IMG/VR virus record: IMGVR_UViG_3300035698_008372
Location: 64,001-128,000 of that record
From: a virus
Direction: 5' to 3' (one strand)
Length of the DNA: 64,000 bases
In this document: positions 21,243 through 30,552 of the stretch, piece after piece
Layout: each line of letters opens with the position of its first letter
Position numbering within the stretch: position 1 is the stretch's first letter
The notes under the pieces: model-generated
Seen by the model: only the letters and a program-made list of their open reading frames with translations
Databases searched by the model: none
What the model was told of the DNA's origin: nothing
Translations under genes and position numbers: made by a program

Positions 21243-22082
21243 ATGAAAAAGGGGTCAGCGAGAACATTACAATATTGATTGGATAAAGGGTATAAAGGGG
21301 AAGAAGCAGAAAAAATGCGTATGAGCAGAATTCCAGGTACTATAGAATATTTTACTATATTTAAGGGGCTCCCATTGAATGAGGCCGAAATTGCGAAAGA
21401 AAATTATAACAAAAGGTCCGTTCCGACATTGGAAAATATGATACGCAAGTATGGGGAAACTGAAGGTGAAATTAGGTGGGGTGCATATCGTGAAAAACAG
21501 GCAAAATCCAATACATTTGAATATAAGCGTGATAAGTATGGTTGGACATTGGAACAATTCGATGCTTATAACAAATCAAGGGGATTGTCTGGTAAAGACA
21601 ATGGCAATTATGGGTCGAGCTATTATGAAGCTTGGGTTAAAAAGTATGGAAAAATAAAGGCCGATGAAATGAATAATGCTTTAGGTGAATTGAAAGCCAA
21701 AGGGGGGAAATCTCAAAAAGGTGTACCCAAATCATTTGTGGCTAGAAAAAATATGAGTATAGCTGCAAAGAAAAGGATAATGGATCAGGGTACTTACATT
21801 TCATATAATCCAAATTCAATTCCGATAATTGAAAAATATGGAAAAGAAAATGGATATAAATTTCAACATGCTGAAAATGGCGGCGAATATTTGGTTAGGG
21901 AAGTTTACTATTGGGTAGATGGGTATGATCATGAAAATAATGTGGTGGTTGAATATGATGAAAAATACCATGAAATGCAAACGGAAAAAGATAAAATTAG
22001 GCAACAACATATAATGGATGTGTTGGGGTGCAAATTTATAAGAATTAAAGAATCTGGAGAAATTAAGATTTATGAAAATTAA
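21243..22082 (+). mobile_element. free-standing Vsr/DUF559-like homing endonuclease splitting polB (UGA at 21276)
   Basis: QY*LDKGY..EEA, KYG...G repeats, FQHAENGGEY...YWVDGYD.ENNVVVEYDEKYH...D..RQ..I...LGCKFIRI. Confidence 0.82.
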
Positions 22083-22993
22083 AAATATAAGGGAATCAAA
22101 AGGTGTCGATGTGGATCATGTTATCTACATCGACACGTAGTGCGGATTCACTATTTATTTCGTCAACCGCGATGGTGAGCAAACGATATGGAAACAAGAA
22201 ATTCAGTGATGTCATGCTGTCACAGTACATCTTGACAATAGCTGGTGACACCCAAAAATTCATAAATAACTCGTATGACTATTTTGCCAAGAAATTCTGT
22301 AATCTTCCCGGTGCACACCGGTTTGAGATTAAACAGGAATTGATTGCAAAGTCAGCTGTATTTGTCAATGCTAAGAAAAATTATGGGTTGCGTGTTATCA
22401 ATGACAATGGTGTGAAAGTGGATAAAAATGTGTACAAAGGCTTGGCCGTAGTTCGCAGTGATTTCCCACAATCATACAGAAAATTGTTAGGTGAGGTGCT
22501 AGGTGATGTTCTAGCGGATGTTCCAAAAGATAAGATCGACGATCGTATTATTGAATACAAAAACAACATGAGATACTTGAATGTCGAAGATATCGCCAAA
22601 CCAACTGGGGTTAAGAATATCAAAAAATATTTGGTTCCACCTGGAGCGGGTGGGGGATTTTCTACTTGGAAGTCTCGTTGTCCTATCCATGTCAAATCAT
22701 CTATCATATACAATGATTTGATTAAGCATTTTGACAAACAAAAGAAGTACGCATTGATAGGGGCCGGCGACAAGGTCAAATGGGTGTACTTAAAGAAAAA
22801 TAATTTAGGATTAGAAAGTGTGGCTTATACAGGTCACGAAGACCCAAAGGAAATTATGGATTTCATATATAATTTTGTGGATAGGGATAAGATGTACGAT
22901 AGTATATTTTTGAACAAAATCACATCAATATATTCTGCCATGGACTGGTCGTTGCCCATAGATAAAAAGTTCTCGATGGACAGATTTTTTTAA
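22072..22993 (+). CDS. family B DNA polymerase, C-terminal part; 7-nt coding gap (22138-22144) inside YIDT^DS
   Basis: ATG 22072 MKIKNIRESKGVDVDHVIYIDT-TAG; DSLF resumes at 22145 in the +1 frame; later AKKNY, KGLAVVRSD, PIHVK, GDKVKWVYL, C-terminal SMDRFF. Confidence 0.9.
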
Positions 22994-23044
22994 TCGTTTG
23001 GGCACATTAATGTATATGTATATATAAAGAAACAAGGAGTTACA

Positions 23045-23764
23045 ATGGAAAAAGGAAAATTAGTACGGTTTATTCAAAAATATCATTTGAATGGCAACGT
23101 ACAATCGGTTTCAATGAATAGTGACGGTGAGACGTTAAAGGCGGAGTTTGTAACTTCGGACAGAGGGTTGCTCGGAACTATTAAAATGAAGAATTGGGGA
23201 TTTGAAAAATCCAAAATTGGTATCTTGGATACTGAGAAGTTCTTAAAATTATTGGCAGTATTGGATAATGATGTTAAATTGTCATTGTTAAAAGCTGGCG
23301 ATACGGCAATCACATTAAAGGTCGCGGACAATAGTTCTACAGTCAATCTGATGTTATCAGACTTGTCGGTAATTCCAGCTGTACCGCCTTTGAAGTATGT
23401 GCCGCCAATGAATCTCAAGTTGAACTTGGATTCAAATTTCATTAAGAAGTTTATCGCTGGTAAGGGTGCTCTATCCGATGTGGATAATTTCACAGTGGTC
23501 ACAGATAACGATTCTGTTAATTTGGTGATCGGTTATGCATCAATTAATACGGACAGGGTTATTGTTCCAGTTGATACTGAAGTATTCGAAAAGATTGACA
23601 AGGTATCATTCAACGCAAATATCTTCAAAGATATCCTGCAATGTAACCGTGAATGTAAAAGTGGAGTAATGGAAATCAGCTCAGAGGGTCTTTCAAAACT
23701 GACCTTTAATGTTGATGACTATGAAGTTGTGTATTTCTTAGCCGCATCTGAAAACGTAGGATAA
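23045..23764 (+). CDS. DNA sliding clamp (gp45/PCNA-like)
   Basis: 239 aa, beta-rich, between polB and clamp loader; IGILDTEKFLKLL. Confidence 0.7.
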   Translation: MEKGKLVRFIQKYHLNGNVQSVSMNSDGETLKAEFVTSDRGLLGTIKMKNWGFEKSKIGILDTEKFLKLLAVLDNDVKLSLLKAGDTAITLKVADNSSTVNLMLSDLSVIPAVPPLKYVPPMNLKLNLDSNFIKKFIAGKGALSDVDNFTVVTDNDSVNLVIGYASINTDRVIVPVDTEVFEKIDKVSFNANIFKDILQCNRECKSGVMEISSEGLSKLTFNVDDYEVVYFLAASENVG

Positions 23765-23770
23765 ACAACA

Positions 23771-24697
23771 ATGGTTAGAAAAACATCTCATTCGATATGG
23801 TGTGAATTATATCGACCAACATCAATGGAAACATTCGTAGGAAATGATCATCTCAAGGATAAAATTGATATGTACATTGAAACCAATGATCCGCCCCACC
23901 TGTTATTTCATGGTAAGGCGGGCACTGGTAAAACTACATTGGCCAAGGTCATACATAATAGTATAGACTGTGACCACTTGTACATCAATGCTTCAGACAA
24001 AGGTGGTGTGGATTACATTAGGACTGATATCATTCCATTTGCCAGTAGTGTTGGATTTAGGGAGTTGAAATTGGTTATCCTCGATGAGGCCGACTTTTTG
24101 ACTCCACAATTCCAAGCATCACTACGCAACGCTATGGAAACGTACGCGATGAATACTCGGTTCATATTGACTTGCAATTACCCCGAACGGATAATCGAAC
24201 CAATACAGAGCCGGTGCCAAATGTTTGAAGTTTATCCTCCAAGCAAAAAGGAAATCGCCGTACATGTCAGTGCAATATTGGCAAAAGAGGGTGTGAACCA
24301 TACCGCGAGTGACATCGGATTGATTGTCAATAGTAAATATCCAGACATTAGAAGTATTATCAATACATTGCAGAAACAATCAATTAATGGTGAGCTGAGA
24401 TTGGACAAGCGTTCGGTTGTGGAAAGTGACTATAAATTGAAGATATTGGATGTACTGAAAAAGCAGGATAAGAAAAACTCATTTGCTAGTATTAGACAAA
24501 TGGTGGCGGACAATTCAATCAGAGATTTCGCTGAGATTTATTCAATGTTATTTTCTGAGGTGGATGATTACGCTAAGGGTCATATCGCTCAAACGATATT
24601 GATTCTGGCCAGATACCAATTGAGTGATTCTCAAAGTGTCGATAAAGAAATAAATTTTATGGCATGCGTAATAGAATTGTTAGATTGTATTAAGTAA
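23771..24697 (+). CDS. clamp loader ATPase (gp44/RFC small subunit)
   Basis: WCELYRP, GKAGTGKTT, INASD, ILDEAD, FILTCNY, IQSRC. Confidence 0.95.
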   Translation: MVRKTSHSIWCELYRPTSMETFVGNDHLKDKIDMYIETNDPPHLLFHGKAGTGKTTLAKVIHNSIDCDHLYINASDKGGVDYIRTDIIPFASSVGFRELKLVILDEADFLTPQFQASLRNAMETYAMNTRFILTCNYPERIIEPIQSRCQMFEVYPPSKKEIAVHVSAILAKEGVNHTASDIGLIVNSKYPDIRSIINTLQKQSINGELRLDKRSVVESDYKLKILDVLKKQDKKNSFASIRQMVADNSIRDFAEIYSMLFSEVDDYAKGHIAQTILILARYQLSDSQSVDKEINFMACVIELLDCIK

Positions 24698-25501
24698 ATG
24701 GAAGAACAATTTGTAGACACGTCGAGGGTAGAACTTAGGATTATTACTACCGCTATAGCAAAAAGGATGATTGTAAAATACCATTACAGTCACGCATGGC
24801 CCGCATCAACTCAAGCTCCATTAGGGGTATTCTATAAGACAGGCAAGAAACATAAGTTTCTTGATGAGGATGATGAAAAATTGATTGGTTGTATTGTCTA
24901 TGGCAATCCAGTTGGTCGTAGAGCGGCCGCATCTATAGTGGATAGTGATGAGATTAACGCTCATGAAAGTGTTTATGAATTGACAAGGTTATTCATCCAT
25001 GATGGATACGGCAAGAATATTGAGAGTTATGTTATAGGTCAATCGTTCAAATGGTTGAAAGAGAATAGGCCTAAAATCAAAATGTTGATCAGTTATGCCG
25101 ACCCAGCACAGGGTCATGTTGGAGGAATCTATAAGGCCACCAACTGGGGATACCAAAGTGCGGATGATATGAAGTTGATGTTCAATTACCCAATTTCATT
25201 AACAAACGATCCTTATGATTGGATTCATAGCCGTACTGTATTTTCAAGGTACGGAGTGACTCCATATCCAACGGATGATGCAGTAGCCAAAATGAAGAAA
25301 GCGGTGGGCCAGACATTCTGGATGAAACGAGAATGTGTGAAGCATCGCTATATTCAATTCTTAGTGGACAAGAGGGAAAAACGGAAATTGATAAAATTGC
25401 TGAAGCACCCATTTCGAGACTATCCTACAACGGCCGACGACGATAGTGAAATTATTGAAGTGATAGTTGACGGGAGTGGAAAATTTGGGAAGTTCATGTA
25501 A
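24698..25501 (+). CDS. Mom-family DNA-modification GNAT, paralog 1
   Basis: KYHYSH, LIGCIVYG.P, ELTRL, ISYADP.QGHVGGIYKATNW, KHRYI. Confidence 0.8.
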   Translation: MEEQFVDTSRVELRIITTAIAKRMIVKYHYSHAWPASTQAPLGVFYKTGKKHKFLDEDDEKLIGCIVYGNPVGRRAAASIVDSDEINAHESVYELTRLFIHDGYGKNIESYVIGQSFKWLKENRPKIKMLISYADPAQGHVGGIYKATNWGYQSADDMKLMFNYPISLTNDPYDWIHSRTVFSRYGVTPYPTDDAVAKMKKAVGQTFWMKRECVKHRYIQFLVDKREKRKLIKLLKHPFRDYPTTADDDSEIIEVIVDGSGKFGKFM

Positions 25502-26268
25502 TGGAGAAATATACAGACATATCTAGAGTAAGTGTTCGACCAATAGATCGGACTACTGCTAAAGGTATCATTGAAAAATACCATTATAGTCATTTGATTC
25601 CAGCTACTTTACAGCTGTCATTGGGTGTATTTTATGAATCTGATGACACAGGTAAATTTTTTGATGACAATGAAAAATTGATAGGGTGCATAATGTATGG
25701 GCATCCATCTGGCAGAATGGTAGTGGATTCCATAACCGAAGGTGATTTGCTCGATCGGGAAAATATAATGGAACTTTTGAGGTTGTTTATCCATGATGGT
25801 TATGGCAAGAATATTGAGAGTTATGTAATCGGACAATCGTTCAAATGGCTCAAAATCAACAGACCAAAAGTAAAGGTGTTAATCAGCTTTTCCGACCCAG
25901 CAGAAGGTCATTTGGGTATCATATACCAATCGACCAACTGGTTGTTTCAAATGATTCCATCATCTGGTAAGTGGCAATTTTCAATGGAAAAAAACCCGTA
26001 TCATTGGGTACACCCCAGAACAATATTTGGAAGATATGGATTTTGTGGTGTGGAAGATATGAAAAAGTCATTTGATAAGAACTTCTATGCCAAGCGCCTG
26101 ACAAACAAATTTCGATATTTGTACATACTGACCAATAAATCGGAAGCTAGGAAAATCAAGAAAAATCTAATCCACGAACTACTGCCATACCCAAAGTCAA
26201 TTGATTATATGGAAGAAATAGTGGAAGTCGAAGTGAGCGGAAATTCGAAGCTCGGAAAGTTCATATAA
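25501..26268 (+). CDS. Mom-family DNA-modification GNAT, paralog 2
   Basis: KYHYSH, ELLRL, ISFSDP.EGHLGIIYQSTNW, KFRYL. Confidence 0.8.
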   Translation: MEKYTDISRVSVRPIDRTTAKGIIEKYHYSHLIPATLQLSLGVFYESDDTGKFFDDNEKLIGCIMYGHPSGRMVVDSITEGDLLDRENIMELLRLFIHDGYGKNIESYVIGQSFKWLKINRPKVKVLISFSDPAEGHLGIIYQSTNWLFQMIPSSGKWQFSMEKNPYHWVHPRTIFGRYGFCGVEDMKKSFDKNFYAKRLTNKFRYLYILTNKSEARKIKKNLIHELLPYPKSIDYMEEIVEVEVSGNSKLGKFI

Positions 26269-27035
26269 TGGAAAAATATACGGATACTTCTAGGGTCACT
26301 ATAAGGCCGATAGACAAAAAGACTGGTATTAATATGATTAAAAAATACCATTACACTCACAAAGCACCTGGTACTACTCAGGATGTGTTGGGTGTGTTTT
26401 ATAAGGGTGAAGAAGCCAACAAGTTTTTCGATGATGATGAAGTATTGATCGGGTGCATGTTATATGGTCATCCAGTTGGTAGGTGGACAATAAAATCCAT
26501 TATCGAAGATGAAAATATCAAATCCTATAATGTGTATGAATTACTGAGGTTATTTGTACACGATGGGTATGGCAAGAATATCGAAAGCTTTGTCATAGGT
26601 CAATCATTTAAGTGGCTGAAAGAGAACCGACCAGAGGTGAAAATATTGGTGAGTTATGCCGATCCTGAAGCCGGTCATGTGGGCATCATATACCAATCAA
26701 CTAACTGGATGTTCCAGATTCCAGAACCAGGTGGAGCAATGATGACTTCACTAACCAAAGACCCGTATGTATGGGTTCACCCAAGGTCAATGCACGCAAA
26801 GTTTGGTGCTTGTGGGGTGGATGGTCTCAAAGAGGCATTGGACAAACCATTCTACATGAAAAAATCACCTCCAAAATTTAGATATGTATATCTATTGACG
26901 GACAAAAGGGAGAGCAAGATATTGAAATCGAAATTCGTATATCAACAATCTCCATATCCAAAAGAGCACGATTATGTTGAAAAAGTTATTGAAATGGTGC
27001 CCAATGAAGAGAAAAAATTTAGTAAATTTATTTAA
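26268..27035 (+). CDS. Mom-family DNA-modification GNAT, paralog 3
   Basis: KYHYTH, ELLRL, VSYADP.AGHVGIIYQSTNW, KFRYV. Confidence 0.8.
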   Translation: MEKYTDTSRVTIRPIDKKTGINMIKKYHYTHKAPGTTQDVLGVFYKGEEANKFFDDDEVLIGCMLYGHPVGRWTIKSIIEDENIKSYNVYELLRLFVHDGYGKNIESFVIGQSFKWLKENRPEVKILVSYADPEAGHVGIIYQSTNWMFQIPEPGGAMMTSLTKDPYVWVHPRSMHAKFGACGVDGLKEALDKPFYMKKSPPKFRYVYLLTDKRESKILKSKFVYQQSPYPKEHDYVEKVIEMVPNEEKKFSKFI

Positions 27036-27067
27036 ATGGTATATATTTATACCTGAAAGGAAATGTT

Positions 27068-27331
27068 ATGAGTCAATTAAATCCAAGAAAACCATTACCA
27101 AAATCACCACCAAAACTAGACCTAGCGAAGGCAGAAACCATCGTATGTGAACAAGAGGGGTGTGGTAATATGTTATTTCTTCAGTCATTCGTGATGAAAA
27201 GAGTATCGGCCATTTTGAGCCCAAGCGGTAAAGAAGAATTACTACAAATTCCAGTTATGAGTTGCGGAGCATGTGGTGGGGTCAATAAGGAATTCATGGC
27301 CGCATTCGGAGAACCCGACAGCGATGGTTAA
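27068..27331 (+). CDS. small Zn-ribbon protein
   Basis: CEQEGCGN...SCGACG. Confidence 0.65.
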   Translation: MSQLNPRKPLPKSPPKLDLAKAETIVCEQEGCGNMLFLQSFVMKRVSAILSPSGKEELLQIPVMSCGACGGVNKEFMAAFGEPDSDG

Positions 27332-27773
27332 TACCAAGATCAAAAAGGCCAAAACCTTATTTGAACATGTAAACCATGTCAATGAAAAACAAACCAAAAA
27401 TTACTGGGAAACCTTATCTGAAGCCGATAAGAAAAATTGGTCCAATTATATGATCCACAGGTTTTTGTCGATGGAACCAGCATTTATTGAGATAGTGAAT
27501 GAGGTTCAAAAATATAATCTCACTCCGGATATGGTGTATAAATTCTACATAGATGTTCTGCCAAAGGGTAAGCGGTGGTTGAAATATGTAAAAAAAACGG
27601 CCAAACAGAAATTCGAGAGTGGATTGGTGGAATTGTTTGCAAAGCATTTTGAGGCTAGTATTCTTGAATCGACTGAATACATTGAATTATTGAGCCGATC
27701 TGAAATTGAAGAGATTTTGGACAAATATGGTCTGGATGCAAAAACAAAACGAAAATATCTGAAAGGAATTTAG
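27324..27773 (+). CDS. clamp loader small subunit (gp62-like)
   Basis: YMIHRFLSM...YKFYIDVLPKGKRWLKYVK resembles the T4 gp62 family; context. Confidence 0.6.
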   Translation: MVNTKIKKAKTLFEHVNHVNEKQTKNYWETLSEADKKNWSNYMIHRFLSMEPAFIEIVNEVQKYNLTPDMVYKFYIDVLPKGKRWLKYVKKTAKQKFESGLVELFAKHFEASILESTEYIELLSRSEIEEILDKYGLDAKTKRKYLKGI

Positions 27774-27962
27774 AATGTCATTACACAAGAGATGGTTAAT
27801 AGAAGAAATCCAGAAATACTGGAATGTAACACAAGAGGAAGCATTAAGGTATGCAGATACATACGATGCGACTGAGCAAGGTAGAGTTGAATTGAAAGCC
27901 ATATTGATCAAATGTGGAGTTTCCAGAGAAAAATTAAGAGAATTGAGATTATAGGAGCTAGT

Positions 27963-28580
27963 ATGGAAGAAAATGTAGATTTAGAAGAGGGTGTAAAAGA
28001 ACCCGGAGAAATAGAAGAAGTATCGGTGGCGTTTGATTTGGGGTCATTCCAATTGGATAATGGTATTGATTTGATCAATAACGCTCTCCATTTTGTGGGA
28101 GAATTCAATTCAGAATCAATCGCTGATATTATTAATAGGATGACATTTATGTATAATGTCAACTCCGAGAGGGATATCAATTTAATGGTGACTTCTCAAG
28201 GTGGTGATGTGTACGCATTATTCGGCCTGCTCGATTTTATACATGGCCTAAAGGTAAAGGTAAATGTGTATGTAATTGGTAGTGCATTGTCTTCAGGGGG
28301 TATCCTGCTTGCATGTACGACGGGTGAACGAGTGGTCGGCCCACATTCAGTGGTTTTATTCCATGATGGTGAAATATCAATGGGTGGCAAATTGGATGAT
28401 GTAAAGGGTCAAAGTAAGCACATGGAAATGTTAGCCGATAAAATTCTCGATATGTTGGAAGAAAAAACTTCAATGAATCGCAAGTTTTGGCTTGACAATA
28501 CCAAAAATGACTTGTATCTTGAAGCTGACGATTGTGTAACTTATGGGATAGCTGATAGAATTGGAGGAATGCATGACTAA
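27963..28580 (+). CDS. ClpP-like protease
   Basis: INLMVTSQGGDV, GSALSSG, VLFHD, DLYLEADDCVTYGIAD. Confidence 0.85.
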   Translation: MEENVDLEEGVKEPGEIEEVSVAFDLGSFQLDNGIDLINNALHFVGEFNSESIADIINRMTFMYNVNSERDINLMVTSQGGDVYALFGLLDFIHGLKVKVNVYVIGSALSSGGILLACTTGERVVGPHSVVLFHDGEISMGGKLDDVKGQSKHMEMLADKILDMLEEKTSMNRKFWLDNTKNDLYLEADDCVTYGIADRIGGMHD

Positions 28581-29454
28581 TCACGTTTCCAATTCACAGG
28601 TAGTGAAGTATTCAAAATGCCCATTACATTGGAAATTGGAGTATATTGATGAGATAGGGGACTATGAAACGAATATCTACTTGATATTTGGTACATCCGC
28701 TCATACTGTTATACAATCGTATATCAAGACATTGTATAACGAAAGTGTTAAGAAAGCCAATGAAATGGATTTGGATCAAATGCTCATAGATGAAATGAAA
28801 TCGGAGTATGCTAAGGCACAGGAAAAGGGCGATCCGAATCCTTGTACCAAAGCAGAGATGATTGAATTTTATTATGATGGTATCAAAATATTCAGATATT
28901 TGATAGCACATCAGAAGGAATATTTCCCTAAGAGAAACCACAAATTACTCGGAATAGAAACTGGGTTGGGTGTGGAATATGGCCCAGTAGAATTCGCTGG
29001 GTATCTGGATGTGGTTATTCTGAATGATACCACTAAAAAGATCAAGATAATTGACTTGAAAACGTCTACCAATGGGTGGAACAAGTGGCAGAAAATGGAC
29101 AAATCCAAATCCAATCAACTGTTATTCTATAAGAAATTCTATGGAGAAAAGTTTAATATCCAGATGAATGACATTATGGTGGAATTTTTGATACTCAAGC
29201 GCAAGTTATATGAGAATATGGATTTCCCACAAAAGCGAATACAAAGGTTTGTGCCCGCAAGTGGTACACCTTCTATAAACAAAGCGATGAATGATTTGGA
29301 AACCTTTGTAAATGAGGCTTTCACTGAAACAGGAGAAAAGAATACGGAACGGAAATATCCGGCAAGGTCTGGCAAAAACAATAGAAATTGTACATACTGC
29401 CCCTTCAAAGATCATCCAAAGTATTGTGATCCAAAAGATAGGATAAGGGGTTAA
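28573..29454 (+). CDS. PD-(D/E)XK nuclease (RecB/Cas4-like)
   Basis: S.SQ...Y.KCP, FGTSAH, GYLDVV, IIDLKT, QLLFY, CTYCPF...C. Confidence 0.85.
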   Translation: MTNHVSNSQVVKYSKCPLHWKLEYIDEIGDYETNIYLIFGTSAHTVIQSYIKTLYNESVKKANEMDLDQMLIDEMKSEYAKAQEKGDPNPCTKAEMIEFYYDGIKIFRYLIAHQKEYFPKRNHKLLGIETGLGVEYGPVEFAGYLDVVILNDTTKKIKIIDLKTSTNGWNKWQKMDKSKSNQLLFYKKFYGEKFNIQMNDIMVEFLILKRKLYENMDFPQKRIQRFVPASGTPSINKAMNDLETFVNEAFTETGEKNTERKYPARSGKNNRNCTYCPFKDHPKYCDPKDRIRG

Positions 29455-29899
29455 TTATGACCATACTTTTAAGAATATTATTAACGGATATGCTGGATAA
29501 TCCAATGGAGAACATAGTTCTGCACAGAATTGAGAAGGCCACAAAAGAACTGAAAACTGGTTTTGCGGTTGAATTTTGGTATATCAAGGGGGAAGTGGGA
29601 GTTCCCAGAGTACAGAAATTTATTGATAAAATTTCAACGATGTTCCACTGCCAAATGTCGGTAAAAATGGTAGAATCTGATGCAGACCAACCACATGGAT
29701 TTGTACTCCCGCCACATGAAAAGCATGTGTGGTTCAATGTCACTCCAATGAGGTACAAGAATTTGCACATAAGTTATAGGTTTGAATATGTGTACGATGG
29801 AATAGAAGATATGGGTAACGCTGTATCCGATTTTATCAAAACAGTTAAATTCTATGAAAAACCAAAACAAGATAATAGACGACAAAAAAGGAACGATTA

Positions 29900-30307
29900 A
29901 TGAATGTGAAAATCGGTATTGTGGGCAGTCGCAAATATGCCAATAATAGGAAAATGAAGGATATCATATTCAAGCTGAAAGAACGGTTTGGTGACGATGT
30001 TGAAATAGTAAGTGGTGAACAGAAGCAAGGTGCCGATGGAATGGCTAAGAAAATAGCATTGGAAATGGGCATGAAATATGTGTCATTCCCGCCAAAGCAT
30101 TATCCTTACAATAGTTATTGTATTATGGAATCATCCGATTATGGCAAGCCATACAGGGTGTGGTATTATAATGAACGGAATACTCAAATAGCCGAATATT
30201 CCGATTATGTGTTCGCATTCATTCCAGAGGGTGTGGATTCTAGGGGCACAATGGACACCGTAAAAAAAGCTCGTAAATTGGAAAAAAAAGTCGTCATTTT
30301 TAACTAG
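29900..30307 (+). CDS. SLOG/YspA-like protein
   Basis: IGIVGSR, IVSG..QGAD, RN..IAEYSD, SRGTMDT. Confidence 0.8.
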   Translation: MNVKIGIVGSRKYANNRKMKDIIFKLKERFGDDVEIVSGEQKQGADGMAKKIALEMGMKYVSFPPKHYPYNSYCIMESSDYGKPYRVWYYNERNTQIAEYSDYVFAFIPEGVDSRGTMDTVKKARKLEKKVVIFN

Positions 30308-30341
30308 TTCATTGATATATATAAATATACAGGAGATAGAA

Positions 30342-30539
30342 ATGGATAAAGACAACACAAAATTAACAACGGTAAAGCTGATCGACGATTGATATAGGCA
30401 GTTCAAATTGCATGCTATCAATGACGATTTCACTTTGCAAAAACTTGTAAATCGAACCATACATAGATATGTAAATGACGATGTATATAGAAATGATATG
30501 TTAAATTATGATATGCCATTGAGTGGCAGTAAATATTAA
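30342..30539 (+). CDS. small RHH-like protein (UGA at 30390)
   Basis: SD AGGAG; KLTTVKLIDD*YRQFK...FTLQKLVNRTIH. Confidence 0.6.
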
Positions 30540-30552
30540 TCGGAGGTTATAA

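Noticed and set aside
22103-22144. Track start of the PolB C-half at GTG 22103 (MSMWIML...)
   Set aside because: It would lack YIDT, the first half of the catalytic motif, which is encoded in the frame starting at ATG 22072.
22138-22144. 7-nt gap as a group I or group II intron remnant (contains GTGCG)
   Set aside because: No frame-restoring excision leaves a 5' exon ending in U or starts at GTGCG, and no ribozyme core is present.
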